Shown one piece after another: positions 19,186 to 29,127 of a stretch of 64,000 nucleotides of DNA. The stretch's first letter is position 1; every line of letters begins with the position of its first letter. Where the stretch lies: NCBI GenBank assembly GCA_963748235.1, contig CAVVHT010000009.1, positions 1,268,606 to 1,332,605 of the forward strand, written 5' to 3'. A program made the position numbers and the translations under genes. The stretch is from an uncultured Chloroflexia bacterium (GTDB taxonomy: Bacteria > Chloroflexota > Limnocylindria > Limnocylindrales > CSP1-4). The notes below the pieces were generated by a model, which saw only the letters and a list, made by a program, of their open reading frames with translations, did not search any database and was not told where the DNA came from.

Positions 19186-19396
19186 CGCCCAGGCGACGAA
19201 GATCTGCTGCGTCAGCTGATCAAGACTCGACGCCGGCGATCGGCGACGCGCCTGGAAACCTCTCGGCTATGCCGGGCAGCATCGTTATGGCCAGCGCCAA
19301 CTGGAGGCCAACGATTATCCAGATGCCCGCCGGGCGACGACCCCTCATCGGCCGGAGCATATCGGGGCGCGGTGCTGCCGCTACACCCAGATTGGG

Positions 19397-22300
19397 CTAA
19401 ACAGACTCCACGCCGATGGACTCGGGGCGCCTGGACGGGCCGGGCCGGGCAATACGGCCGGAGTCGGCCAGGGCCGCGTCAAGCATGTCGAGGTACGGCT
19501 GAGCGCCAAGGCGTTCGAGGGCCGCACGGGTGGCCTCGACCACGGCCGGGTCGGAGTCGGCGCCGAGCAGGAGGGCGGTGTCGAGTCCGGTTAGCGCCTC
19601 GTCCCAGCCAAGGCCCGCTTCCTGCCAGCCACGGAAGGCATCCCGGTATAAGGCCTGGGCTTCGGGTATGCGTCCCTCGAGGGCCGCGATGCCGGCCCCG
19701 ATGGTCTTGCGCCGCGTGTCGATGATCGGCCCCTGGACTCCGGTCGCGTCAATGCCGGCCAGATCGATGCGGGCTTGCTCGACGTCGCCCGCCCACAGCG
19801 CGGCGCGAGCGGACTGGTACAGGCTCCCGGGAGCCTGGGCCGACTGCATGGCCGCGATCTTGCGCGACGCCTCGCCTGCTTCTCGAAACAATCCCCGAGC
19901 GAGATAGGCGTTGGCCTCCGAGTCCAGTATGGCAATCCCCTGGTCGACGTCATCGGCGTCCACTGGCTCGGAGCGCATCGCTTCCAGATCCACGCTGACG
20001 TCCTCACCGCGACTTGCCCTGATCGTCACGTCGTTGCCGATCAGCCAGATCTTGTGCGTACCCTGCACGTCGCCGGCAAGTCCCTCGGCCGTGACCGTCA
20101 GCGCCTCGTCCCAATTCCCGGTGGTGAATCCGGTGTAGGCGATGTTGTTCAAGAACGTGTAGAGAAGAAGGCGCTGGCCGGTCCGCCGAGCCAACAGCGC
20201 CCCTTCGCGATACTTGTCCAGCGCTCCGTGCAGGTCAATCTCGTTGAGGTGGAAGCCGCCGACCAGCAACGCGAGGCCCAGCGCCTCGTTGAGCGAGTAC
20301 TCGCGGGCCAGACGCTCCGCGGCCGACAGCAGTGCGACTGCCTCACGAAGCCGGCCCATATTTCCCTGGGCGACTCCCTTGACGATCAGACCCCTGGCGA
20401 TCAATGGCACGAGGTTGGCGTGCTCGACCTCTGTCAGCACCTCGTCGGCCGTCTCAATGGCGAGTCCGTTCCGCTCGAGATTCGAGTAGCCGCGCGCCAG
20501 CAGCAGCCGCAACTCGATCGCGGCCGGGCTGGGCCAGAGGTCGGAGAAGGCCTGCCACTGCTCTTCGAGGAACGGGACGGCAGTCTGAAAATGGCGTGCG
20601 TTCAACTGCGAGTCGGCGATGCCGGCCACGCAACGCGCGGCCAATTCGCGGTCGCCGTTCTGCTCGTAGATCGCAATGGCGGCCCGAAACGATCGGTCGA
20701 CCACGTCGATCCGACCGTCGGCCTTGGCCGACACACCCTCGCGCTCGAACAGCTCTGCCTTCTCGGCGTCATCAGCGGTCACCGCCAGCGCCTGCTCGAG
20801 GAACGAGATGGCCTGACCGTGGGCGCCAAGTGTCGCGGCCCGCTCTGCTGCGGCCCTGAGCGCGATCCGTGCCTGGGTCGCCAGGGCGTCGGCTTCGGGC
20901 CCTTCGCCGGCATTGGAATGTGCCGAGAGGTAGTGGCCAGCAAGCGCACCGGCGAGCTCGTCAGAGCCGACCAATTCGAAATAGCGCGCCGCTGCCAGGT
21001 GGCGAGCCTTGCGGTCCTTGCGCGACAGCGTGTTGTAGGCAACTTCGCGGATGAGCGCCTGGACGAACGCGTACTGGCCGCGCTCGGGCGAGCGAGGGTC
21101 TACATCGCGGGCCACGATCTCACGCCGCGAGAGCCCGCGCAGGCGCTCCTCGACGGCCTCGACCGGCTGGCCGGACAGCGCCCCGACCGCCTGGGTGGTG
21201 AATGACTGGCCAAGGACCGCCGCGTCCTGAACGAGCGACCTGTCGGCAGCCTCCAGGGCATCGAGCCGCGAGGCAATCAGCGCGGTCAGTGTCTCCGGCA
21301 CGGCCAGGCTCTCGAGTTCGTCAACCGGCACATACGTTTCGCCTTCGAGCCGCAGCCGTCCATCACTGATCAGCATGCGCACGGTCTCAACCGCGTATAG
21401 CGGGATACCGTCGGCACGTTCCACGATCCGCGTCGCAGCACTCGCCGGCAAACCGGGCACGAGACCGGCAAGCAGCTCGCGCATGTCCGCCTCGGACAAC
21501 GGCTCGAGGTGGATCGAGGTGAAGCTGCGCTTGCCGGCGCCCCAGTCGGGTCGACGATCCAGCAACTCGGGCCGCGACAGGGTGACGATGTAGATCGGCA
21601 GGCCCCGGCTCCATTCGAGCAGGTGATCGACAAAGTCGAGCAGGCCCGAGTCGGCGAAGTGCATGTCCTCGAAGATCAGCGCCACGGTGCCGTGCGCGGC
21701 GATGCGCTCGAACAACGTGCGCCAGGCCCCGAACAGCTCCTCAGCGGCCATGCCCGAGTCGTAGCCGAGCAATGACAGCAGCCCGCGCATGACCCAGTCG
21801 CGCTCGTCCGGATCCTCGATCCACTGCTCGACGGTGGCGCTTACCTTCTCGCGCGTCGTGGGCTCGTCGTCGCCTTCGACAAGGTCGCAGCGGCGGCGGA
21901 CCATCTCGCCCAGCGCCCAGAAGGTGACGCCCTCGCCGTATGACGGCGACCGACCGGTGTGCCAGTACGTGTCCTCGACCAGGCCGTCGGTGTACTTCGA
22001 GAACTCCCACGCCAGCCGGCTCTTGCCGATGCCCGCCGGGCCGATGACCGACACGAGCCGGATCCGCCTCTCTCGCGCGGTGGCGTGGAAAAGGTCCTTG
22101 AGCAGACGCAGCTCATCCGAGCGGCCGACGAACGGCGCCTCGAGCGACTCGCTCCGATTCCTCCCGCCAAGCTCGGCGACAACCCGTATTGCTCGCCACG
22201 CCGGCACCGGCGCCTGTTTGCCCTTCAGGGTCTGGTCACCCGCCGGCTCGAACTGAATCGCCGCCCCTGCCGCGCGCGATGTCGATTCGCCGACCAAGAC

Positions 22301-22909
22301 CGTTCCCGGCGGCGCCACGCTCTGTAGCCGCGCCGCGGTGTTGACCAGGTCGCCGGCAACCATGCCCTGGTTGGTGGCGCCGATCGTTACCGCCGCCTCG
22401 CCGGTGAGCACGCCCGCGCGCGCCTCCGCGCCAGGGCCAAGTCCCTTGACCGATTCGACCAGGTCGAGCGCGGCACGGACGGCCCGCTCGGCATCGTCCT
22501 CGTGCGCGATCGGCGCTCCCCACACCGCCATGACCGCGTCGCCGATGAACTTCTCGACCGTGCCCCCATAGCGGCCGACGATCTCGGAGCACATGTCGAA
22601 GTAGCGCGTCAGCGTGTCGCGCACGTCTTCCGCGTCACGCTCCTCGGCGAAGGGCGTGAAGCCGACGATGTCGGCGAAGAGCACCGTGACCAGCCGCCGC
22701 TCAGCCTGAGCAGCGGTGGCGAGCGGAGCCGCCTGTGCGGCTACCCCGGCCGAGCCGCCGTTGAGCGCCGTGCCGCATTCGTTGCAGAACCTGGCACCGG
22801 GCTTGTTGGTCGCGCCGCAGTTCGGGCAACCGGCGGCAATCGGCGTTCCGCATTCGTTGCAGAACTTGGCGCCGGCGATGTTCTCGGCGCCGCAGTTGGT
22901 GCAGTTCAC
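19397..22909 (-). CDS. double zinc-ribbon / class III adenylate-guanylate cyclase / AAA(STAND) ATPase / TPR signalling protein
   Basis: CTNCGAEN..CNECG..CPNCGATN..CNECG; cyclase VLFADIVGFT, EKFIGDAVMAVWG, VNTAARLQS; P-loop VIGPAGIGKSRLA; long TPR-like C-terminus. Confidence 0.9.
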   Translation of the reverse strand: MNCTNCGAENIAGAKFCNECGTPIAAGCPNCGATNKPGARFCNECGTALNGGSAGVAAQAAPLATAAQAERRLVTVLFADIVGFTPFAEERDAEDVRDTLTRYFDMCSEIVGRYGGTVEKFIGDAVMAVWGAPIAHEDDAERAVRAALDLVESVKGLGPGAEARAGVLTGEAAVTIGATNQGMVAGDLVNTAARLQSVAPPGTVLVGESTSRAAGAAIQFEPAGDQTLKGKQAPVPAWRAIRVVAELGGRNRSESLEAPFVGRSDELRLLKDLFHATARERRIRLVSVIGPAGIGKSRLAWEFSKYTDGLVEDTYWHTGRSPSYGEGVTFWALGEMVRRRCDLVEGDDEPTTREKVSATVEQWIEDPDERDWVMRGLLSLLGYDSGMAAEELFGAWRTLFERIAAHGTVALIFEDMHFADSGLLDFVDHLLEWSRGLPIYIVTLSRPELLDRRPDWGAGKRSFTSIHLEPLSEADMRELLAGLVPGLPASAATRIVERADGIPLYAVETVRMLISDGRLRLEGETYVPVDELESLAVPETLTALIASRLDALEAADRSLVQDAAVLGQSFTTQAVGALSGQPVEAVEERLRGLSRREIVARDVDPRSPERGQYAFVQALIREVAYNTLSRKDRKARHLAAARYFELVGSDELAGALAGHYLSAHSNAGEGPEADALATQARIALRAAAERAATLGAHGQAISFLEQALAVTADDAEKAELFEREGVSAKADGRIDVVDRSFRAAIAIYEQNGDRELAARCVAGIADSQLNARHFQTAVPFLEEQWQAFSDLWPSPAAIELRLLLARGYSNLERNGLAIETADEVLTEVEHANLVPLIARGLIVKGVAQGNMGRLREAVALLSAAERLAREYSLNEALGLALLVGGFHLNEIDLHGALDKYREGALLARRTGQRLLLYTFLNNIAYTGFTTGNWDEALTVTAEGLAGDVQGTHKIWLIGNDVTIRASRGEDVSVDLEAMRSEPVDADDVDQGIAILDSEANAYLARGLFREAGEASRKIAAMQSAQAPGSLYQSARAALWAGDVEQARIDLAGIDATGVQGPIIDTRRKTIGAGIAALEGRIPEAQALYRDAFRGWQEAGLGWDEALTGLDTALLLGADSDPAVVEATRAALERLGAQPYLDMLDAALADSGRIARPGPSRRPESIGVESV

Positions 22910-24541
22910 GCGCTAACTCTAAGTCGGCCCTGGCGGCTATCCGCGATCACTGCCTGGGCAGCGAGCTGGCCCGGACCACCGGTCACGCCACCGCCGGGAT
23001 GTGCGCCGGAGCCGGCGAGGTACATGCCGGTCAGCGGCATCCGGTAGCGGCCGAGGCCGTGAAGCGGTCGCCACGCGAACCACTGGTCGAGCGACGCCTC
23101 CGCGTGCATGGCATGACCGCCGGAGGCCCCCAGGTCGCGCTCGATGTCGAGCGGCGTGATGACCTGGCGCTCGACTACGAGGTTCGCGATGCCCGGCGCG
23201 TACTCGGCCAGCGCCGCGAGCACGGCATCGCCGAGCGCGTCGCGACGATCGTCCAGCGTCCCGTCGCGCAGCTCGCGCGGAATGCCCTCGACCACGACGC
23301 TCATCACGTGGGCAACCGACTTCGGCGCGGCCGCGGCGACCATCGGCGAGCAGGCCCGGATCGACGAGCGTCGGAATGGTCGCCTCGAGCAGCGGACGAT
23401 CCGGCAGCTCGCCGTACTTGGCCGGCCGCGCGGCGAGATCGAGGTAGCGCATCGAGGGCGCGATCAGGATCCGACCGCGCAGCAGCCGCGCGTCGCCGCC
23501 CGCGGCGCCGAAATCGGGGAGTCCACTGAGGGCCAGGTTGATCTTGGCGGTCGTGCCTCGCTGGCGGATGTTCGCGGCGCGCCACGACAGCCGCGGCCCG
23601 AGCACCTCGGGCTCGAACAGGTCGAGCAGCGTCGTGCGCGGATCGAGATTGGAGACGACGATCGGCGCGTCGATCTCCTCACCGCCACTCAGCATGACGC
23701 CGGTCACGCGCTCGCCGTCGCGCCGGACCCGAGCGACCGCCGCGCCGGTTCGGATCTCGACACCGTGCGCACGTGCCGCGGCGGCAAGCGCATCGGCGAG
23801 CGCACCCGGACCGCCGCGGGCGAACACGGTCTGGCCGGCGAGGCCGCCGTCGTTGCCGGCAAGATCAGCCAGCAGCACGCCGCCGCTGCCCGGCATGCGC
23901 GGCGAGAGCCCGCTGTAGAGCATTCCTCGCGCGGCGATGGCGGCGCGCAACGCGTCCGACTCGAGCCACTCCCCGACGAGGTCGCGCGCGGCCATCGGCA
24001 TCGTGCGCAACAGGCTCTCGTTCGCCGATCGCGCGCGGGCACGGGCAGCGAGACCGGTGCGCAGGCCGGCGAACGCGTCACCGAGCGTGGGCGAGGCGAG
24101 ATCGGGCGGCACGCGGCTCATCAGCTCGGCCAACCCGCGGCCCAGGGCGCGGACCTGCTGGTCGACCACGCCATAAGACTCGGCATCCGACGTCCCGGCC
24201 AGGCCGCTTTCAGCGATATCGCGAGCGGTCCGGTCGACATCGCCCCATAACGTGATGGCGCGCCCGTCCGGCTGGGGCGCGAAAGCGCGAACCTCGGGCT
24301 GGACAAGTGCCAGACCGTGCCCGCGCAAACCGAGCTCGCGCGCAATCGAGGGGCGCAGCCGGCCCACGGTGTGCGCCAGGGTCGGCACCCGGACACCCTT
24401 CAGCAGCTCGCTCGTGCCGGCCATGCCGCCCAGCGCATCGCGCCGCTCGAGCACGAGCACGCTCATCCCTGCGCGAGCCAGGTACGCGGCGCATACGAGC
24501 CCGTTGTGTCCAGCGCCGATGACGACCGCGTCGTAGCTCAC
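22906..24541 (-). pseudogene. CrtI/phytoene-desaturase-family FAD-dependent oxidoreductase, paralogue 2; frame broken near 23335-23350
   Basis: GTG 24541 overlaps the paralogue-1 stop (GTGA). YDAVVIGAGHNGLVCAAYLARAG.. continues in ORF 22937..24925 up to ..TLVDPGLLA. The conserved C-terminus (AAAPKSVAHVMSVVV..ITPLDIERDLG..GSGAHPGGGVTG) is in ORF 22906..23343. Length is 1 mod 3. Confidence 0.8.
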
Positions 24542-26175
24542 GCCGCCTCTCCCGTGCCCGCTCGCGAGGAGCGCAGCACGGCCATCGCCGCGTTGCGCCC
24601 CGGCGCGCCAGAGATCGCGCCACCCGGATGGGTGGACGAGCCGCACAGCCACAAGTCGCGGATTGGCGTTCGGTAGCCGGCACCTGGGAGCGGCCGTCCG
24701 CTGAAGAGCTGCTCGAGCAGCAGCTCGCCCTGGAAGATGTTGCCCTCGGACAGCCCGAAGGTGCGCTCGATGTCCAGCGGCGTGAGCACCTGGCGACCGA
24801 CGATCAGTGAGTCGAGATCCGGTGCGTGGCGGGCAATCGTGGCCTGGACCGTGTCGCCCAGGGCGTCGCGCTGCTCGTCCCAGGTTCCTTCGGCCAGCTC
24901 GTACGGCGCGTACTGGACGAAGCACGCCATGACGTGCTGACCGGGCGGTGCCACAGACGGATCGATGAAGCTCGGAAAGCCCATGTCGACGTAGGGATTG
25001 CGGCTGAATCGCCCGTCGACCGCGTCATCGTGTGCCCGTTCGAGGTAGTCGATCGAGGGCGAAATCGAGACCATCCCCCGGAAGTGATCGGTCGTGCCCG
25101 CGGGGAGAGCCTTGAACGTAGGCAGCCCGGAGAGCGCGAAGTTGACCTTGGCCGAGGAGCCACGGAACTTGTAGCCGCGCACGGCAGCGTCGTCCTCCGC
25201 GGACAGCGTCCCCGGCTCGAGCAGGTCACGCAGTGTCCGGCGCACGTCGGCATTCGAGACGACCGTCGCCGCCGCGATCTCATCGCCCGACTCGAGCAGC
25301 ACGCCGGTCGCGCGCCCGTCGCGTGTCGTGATCCGCGCCACCGGCGCATCGGTCCGAATCTCGGCGCCTGCCTCAGCGGCCGCTCCCGCGATCGCGCCGG
25401 CAATGGCGCCCGTGCCTCCGACCGGCAGGCCCCAGGCGCGGTACTCCCCGTCGATCTCGCCCATGTAGTGGTGGAGCAGGATGTACGCGCTGCCCGGCGA
25501 GCGCGGCCCCAGGAACGTGCCGATGATGCCCGAGGCGGACAGGGTGGCCCGCAGCGGCTCGGTCTCGAACCATTGCGAGACGAAATCGGCCGAGCTCATC
25601 GTCAGCAGCTGGATGAACGCCGTCTGCTGCGGTTCTGGGAGCGCCGCGAAGCGGCGCGCGAAACCGGCCAGCGCCACGAGACCGCGCGGGTCGCTGCCGT
25701 CGAGCGGCGGCGCTCCGGCGCCCAGCAGCGGCTTGACGAAGCGCGACATCTCCGCCATCAGCAACGAGTACTCCTCGTACGCCTCGGCATCGCGCTTCGA
25801 CCAGCGCCTGATCTCGCGCACGGTCACGCCATGGTCGTCGACGCGCCACAGGTAGTCGTCGTCGAGTGGCGTCAGCGTCCCATCGACGGGCAGCACCTGC
25901 AGGCCGTGGCGAGCCAATTCGAGCTCGCGAATGATCTCGGGTCGCAACAGGCTCACGACGTATGACGCTACGCTGAACTTGAAGCCGGGAAAGATTTCCT
26001 CGGTCACAGTCGCGCCGCCGACGATGTGGCGCCGCTCGAGGACCAGCACGCGGCGTCCTGCACGAGCGAGATATGCGGCGCACGTCAATCCGTTGTGCCC
26101 GCCGCCAATGATGACGGCGTCGTACTGCCGTGCCCCTCGCCCTCCTGTCACGGCAGTAACTCTAGCGGCGCGCAA
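24538..26175 (-). CDS. CrtI/phytoene-desaturase-family FAD-dependent oxidoreductase, paralogue 1
   Basis: YDAVIIGGGHNGLTCAAYLARAGRRVLVLERRHIVGG (Rossmann GxGxxG), C-terminal CGSSTHPGGAISGAPG. COG1233-like. Confidence 0.85.
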   Translation of the reverse strand: MRAARVTAVTGGRGARQYDAVIIGGGHNGLTCAAYLARAGRRVLVLERRHIVGGATVTEEIFPGFKFSVASYVVSLLRPEIIRELELARHGLQVLPVDGTLTPLDDDYLWRVDDHGVTVREIRRWSKRDAEAYEEYSLLMAEMSRFVKPLLGAGAPPLDGSDPRGLVALAGFARRFAALPEPQQTAFIQLLTMSSADFVSQWFETEPLRATLSASGIIGTFLGPRSPGSAYILLHHYMGEIDGEYRAWGLPVGGTGAIAGAIAGAAAEAGAEIRTDAPVARITTRDGRATGVLLESGDEIAAATVVSNADVRRTLRDLLEPGTLSAEDDAAVRGYKFRGSSAKVNFALSGLPTFKALPAGTTDHFRGMVSISPSIDYLERAHDDAVDGRFSRNPYVDMGFPSFIDPSVAPPGQHVMACFVQYAPYELAEGTWDEQRDALGDTVQATIARHAPDLDSLIVGRQVLTPLDIERTFGLSEGNIFQGELLLEQLFSGRPLPGAGYRTPIRDLWLCGSSTHPGGAISGAPGRNAAMAVLRSSRAGTGEAA

Positions 26176-26268
26176 GGTCTCGGCCAGTTGTCGTGGCGCT
26201 CCCGATAGCCGTCATCAGCGAGCCTTCGACCACCAGCAACCGGACTGGCAAACCGACTGGAGGTCGAC

Positions 26269-26451
26269 ATGTGTCTTACCTGTGGCTGCATGGATGCCCA
26301 CCTCGAGATGGGCGACAAGAACATCCGCATCGAGGACGTCAAGGCCGCTGCCGACGAGAACGGCCGCTCGGTAGCCGAGACGATCGACATCATGGAGCGG
26401 ACGATCGCCAAGGATCGCGGCGAGCACGCGTCCGAGTACGCCACCGACTGA
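26269..26451 (+). CDS. small Cys/His-rich protein (putative metal-binding), uncharacterised
   Basis: MCLTCGCMDAHLEMGDKN.., 60 aa. GGAGG lies 6 nt upstream of the ATG. No overlap with stronger ORFs. Confidence 0.6.
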   Translation: MCLTCGCMDAHLEMGDKNIRIEDVKAAADENGRSVAETIDIMERTIAKDRGEHASEYATD

Positions 26452-26488
26452 CATCCGCCCGGTCCATCGCCGCGCTAGCATCGCTGCC

Positions 26489-26902
26489 ATGGACACGAGA
26501 GCCGCCGCACAACGGTGGGCGGTCACATGGCGCGAGAACTGGGCCGCCAACCGACCTGAGCCGATCGCCGCGCTCTACGCGGAGGGTGGCAAATACGGGA
26601 CGTCCCCCTTCCGCGAGCCGCACATCGGCCCGGCCGGCGCAATGTCCTATCTCGTGCCGGTGCTCGAGGCACAGAAGGAAGTTCGTGCCTGGTTCGGCGA
26701 TCCGATAGTCGATGGCGACCGCGCAGCGGTCCAATGGTGGGCAACCGCGCTCGAGCCGGACGGCCGAGTGACCTACGCGGGCGTGAGCATCCTGCGCTTC
26801 GATTCGGACGGCCTCGTCGCGGACGAATGGGACGCGTGGAACGTCGACGAAAATCTGGACCGGGAGCCGCCAGCGGGCTGGGGCAGAGCGACGGCCGAAT
26901 GA
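26489..26902 (+). CDS. SnoaL/NTF2-like fold protein
   Basis: 137 aa; WAVTWRENW..ALYAEGG..DGDRAAVQWWA..GVSILRFDSDGLV pattern typical of SnoaL-like proteins (tentative). Confidence 0.6.
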   Translation: MDTRAAAQRWAVTWRENWAANRPEPIAALYAEGGKYGTSPFREPHIGPAGAMSYLVPVLEAQKEVRAWFGDPIVDGDRAAVQWWATALEPDGRVTYAGVSILRFDSDGLVADEWDAWNVDENLDREPPAGWGRATAE

Positions 26903-28092
26903 GCATCGGCACGCCGCTCGACGAACGGACGCATCCGCTTAACAAGAAACGGCAGTGGCGCGAGTGGTCCGGCTATTTCGCCTCCAGCGCATACGACCAC
27001 TTGCATGTCCACGAGTACGTCGGCATTCGCCATGCGGCAGTGCTGATTGATGTGTCGCCGCTCTACAAGTACGTCGTCCGCGGGCCGGACGCCGTGCGAC
27101 TGATCGATCGCGTCATCACCCGCGACGCGACCAAGATCAAACCCGGCCAGGTGATCTACACGCCATGGTGCGACGAGCAGGGCAAGGTCATCGACGACGG
27201 CACGATCGCCCGGCTCGATGACGACTCGTTCCGCTGGACGAGCGCCGAGCCGCACCTGCGCTGGTTCGAGCTTAACTCGCGCGGCCTCGACGTTGATATC
27301 GAGGACGTCAGCGAACATACGGCGGCGATCGCCCTGCAGGGTCCGCTGTCGCGCGAGGTTCTGGCGGCCGCGACCAAGTCCGATTGGTCGGATGTTGGCT
27401 TCTACCGTCGTCGGGCGACACGCGTCGGACGCATCCCGATCGACGTCAGTCGCACCGGGTACACGGGTGACCTCGGCTACGAGCTGTGGGTGGCGGCCGA
27501 CAAGGCAACAGACCTGTGGGACAGACTGATTGACGTCGGCCGGCCATTTGGTGTGCGACCGGCCGGAATGCTTGCGCTCGACATGGTCCGGCTCGAGGCC
27601 GGCCTCATCCTGATCGAGGTCGACTACACCTCGGCCAAGCACGCGCTCATTGCCGAACAGAATTACTCGCCCTACGAGCTCGGCTTCGGGCGCCTCGTCA
27701 ATCTCGACAAGACGGCTGAGTTCGTGGGCCGCCGGGCGCTGATCGCCGAGCGTGACCGGGGCGGTCCCGCGCGACGTTTCGTTGGTCTGGCCATCGACTA
27801 CCCGTCAATCGAGAGCCTGTACGAGGCGCAGGACCTGCCGATCGCCGTGTCGACCACGACCTGGCGCGAGCAGCGACCGATCTACGCCAATGGCCGACAG
27901 GTCGGCCGGGCGACCAGCGGAACGTGGAGCCCGACGCTCAAGCAGCACATCGCGCTGGCATCGATCGAGCCGACCTACGAACCGGCCGGCTCGCGCGTGG
28001 CTCTCGAGTGGACGGTCGAGGGCCGGCGCGGACGTGCCTCGGCGACGGTCGTTCCGCTGCCATTCTTCGATCCGCCGCGCAAGCGCGCCTGA
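26899..28092 (+). CDS. aminomethyltransferase (GcvT/DmdA-like) family protein
   Basis: Start ATG 26899 overlaps the upstream stop (ATGA). VLIDVSPLYKYVVRGPDA..IALQGP..RTGYTGDLGYELWV..GMLALDMVRLEAGL. Confidence 0.85.
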   Translation: MSIGTPLDERTHPLNKKRQWREWSGYFASSAYDHLHVHEYVGIRHAAVLIDVSPLYKYVVRGPDAVRLIDRVITRDATKIKPGQVIYTPWCDEQGKVIDDGTIARLDDDSFRWTSAEPHLRWFELNSRGLDVDIEDVSEHTAAIALQGPLSREVLAAATKSDWSDVGFYRRRATRVGRIPIDVSRTGYTGDLGYELWVAADKATDLWDRLIDVGRPFGVRPAGMLALDMVRLEAGLILIEVDYTSAKHALIAEQNYSPYELGFGRLVNLDKTAEFVGRRALIAERDRGGPARRFVGLAIDYPSIESLYEAQDLPIAVSTTTWREQRPIYANGRQVGRATSGTWSPTLKQHIALASIEPTYEPAGSRVALEWTVEGRRGRASATVVPLPFFDPPRKRA

Positions 28093-28102
28093 CTTAACCA
28101 TG

Positions 28103-29110
28103 TCACCGCGCGCGCTCGGCCACGGCCGGATCGACACCGGCCAGCTCTGAGATCTGCTCCCACAGCTCTTGGCGATCGGCAGCCGATAGCCGCGTGGCGG
28201 GCAGCCTGTCGAATGGCCGCGGCCGCCGGTCGAGATACAGCCGGCCGCCAGGGGCGTCGTTCGAATCGGCCGTCGCCAGCCAGGTGATCGTGTCGACGCC
28301 CAACTCAGGCGAGCGCAGGAGCGGTCGCATCAATCCGTAGAAGCCGGGCAATGAATTGGCCAGACCGGGCGTGTCCGCCCAGCCGGGATGCATCGCATTG
28401 ACCGAGACGTTGGCTCCCGCCAGCCGGCGCGCCCACTCGCGGACGAGCGCGACCTGGATGCGTTTGCCCTGCGCATAGGCGCGCACCCCCGAGTAGGGAC
28501 GGTGGCGCCACTCGAGGTCGCCGAGATCAACCCCCTGCGCGTACATGCCGCCTGACGTGACACAGATGACACGGCCTGCGGGTGCGGCGAGCAGCATCGG
28601 CATCAGCCCGGCAATGAGCGTGAACGGACCGACGACGAGAACGGCGAGCGTGGCTTCGATGCCCTCGTCGGTGTCGGTGCGTTCGGGATGGATGGCGCCC
28701 GCGTTGTCGACCAGGATGTCGAGTCGCGGCTCGGTCTCCATGACTTCCTGCACCGCACGCCTAACCGAGATCACCGACGACATGTCGGCGACCACCATCG
28801 AGTAGCGATCCTCACCGGTCGACTGCGCCAGCTCCTGCCGAACCTCGGCCAGACGCGCGCTGTCTCGACCGAGCAGCACGACGCGCGCCCCGAGTTCGGC
28901 CAGCCTGTGCGCTGCGAGACGACCGAGCCCCGAAGTGGGCCCGGTAACGAGGGCGGTCTGCCCGACGAGCGCGCCGTTGCCAGGAAGCTCCCAGTGGTAC
29001 AGGCGCGACCTTGCCGCGGGACCGATTGCGCTGAAGCTGGCCAGCACGGACAGCTCCATGGCGCCATCGACCAAGTCAGCAAAGACCCTGTCCGGGGAAC
29101 CAGATCGCAC
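28103..29110 (-). CDS. short-chain dehydrogenase/reductase (SDR)
   Basis: TALVTGPTSGLGRLAA (TGxxxGxG), NAG, YAQGK (YxxxK). GTG 29110 is preceded by GGAGGA at 7 nt; the track ORF starts at 29149. Confidence 0.85.
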   Translation of the reverse strand: MRSGSPDRVFADLVDGAMELSVLASFSAIGPAARSRLYHWELPGNGALVGQTALVTGPTSGLGRLAAHRLAELGARVVLLGRDSARLAEVRQELAQSTGEDRYSMVVADMSSVISVRRAVQEVMETEPRLDILVDNAGAIHPERTDTDEGIEATLAVLVVGPFTLIAGLMPMLLAAPAGRVICVTSGGMYAQGVDLGDLEWRHRPYSGVRAYAQGKRIQVALVREWARRLAGANVSVNAMHPGWADTPGLANSLPGFYGLMRPLLRSPELGVDTITWLATADSNDAPGGRLYLDRRPRPFDRLPATRLSAADRQELWEQISELAGVDPAVAERAR

Positions 29111-29127
29111 TTTCAATCCTCCGACGT

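Noticed and set aside
19220-19348. 42-codon hydrophobic ORF upstream of the small membrane protein
   Set aside because: It is plausible as a third small membrane component, but it is too short and has no clear RBS, so I cannot call it. It is mentioned under the Vps62-like operon finding only.
22937-24925. 662-aa ORF that looks like one large protein
   Set aside because: It is a composite. Its N-terminal ~130 aa are out-of-frame read-through of the 3' end of crtI-like paralogue 1, and its C-terminal ~140 aa are out-of-frame sequence after the frame break. Only the middle part is the real crtI-like paralogue 2.
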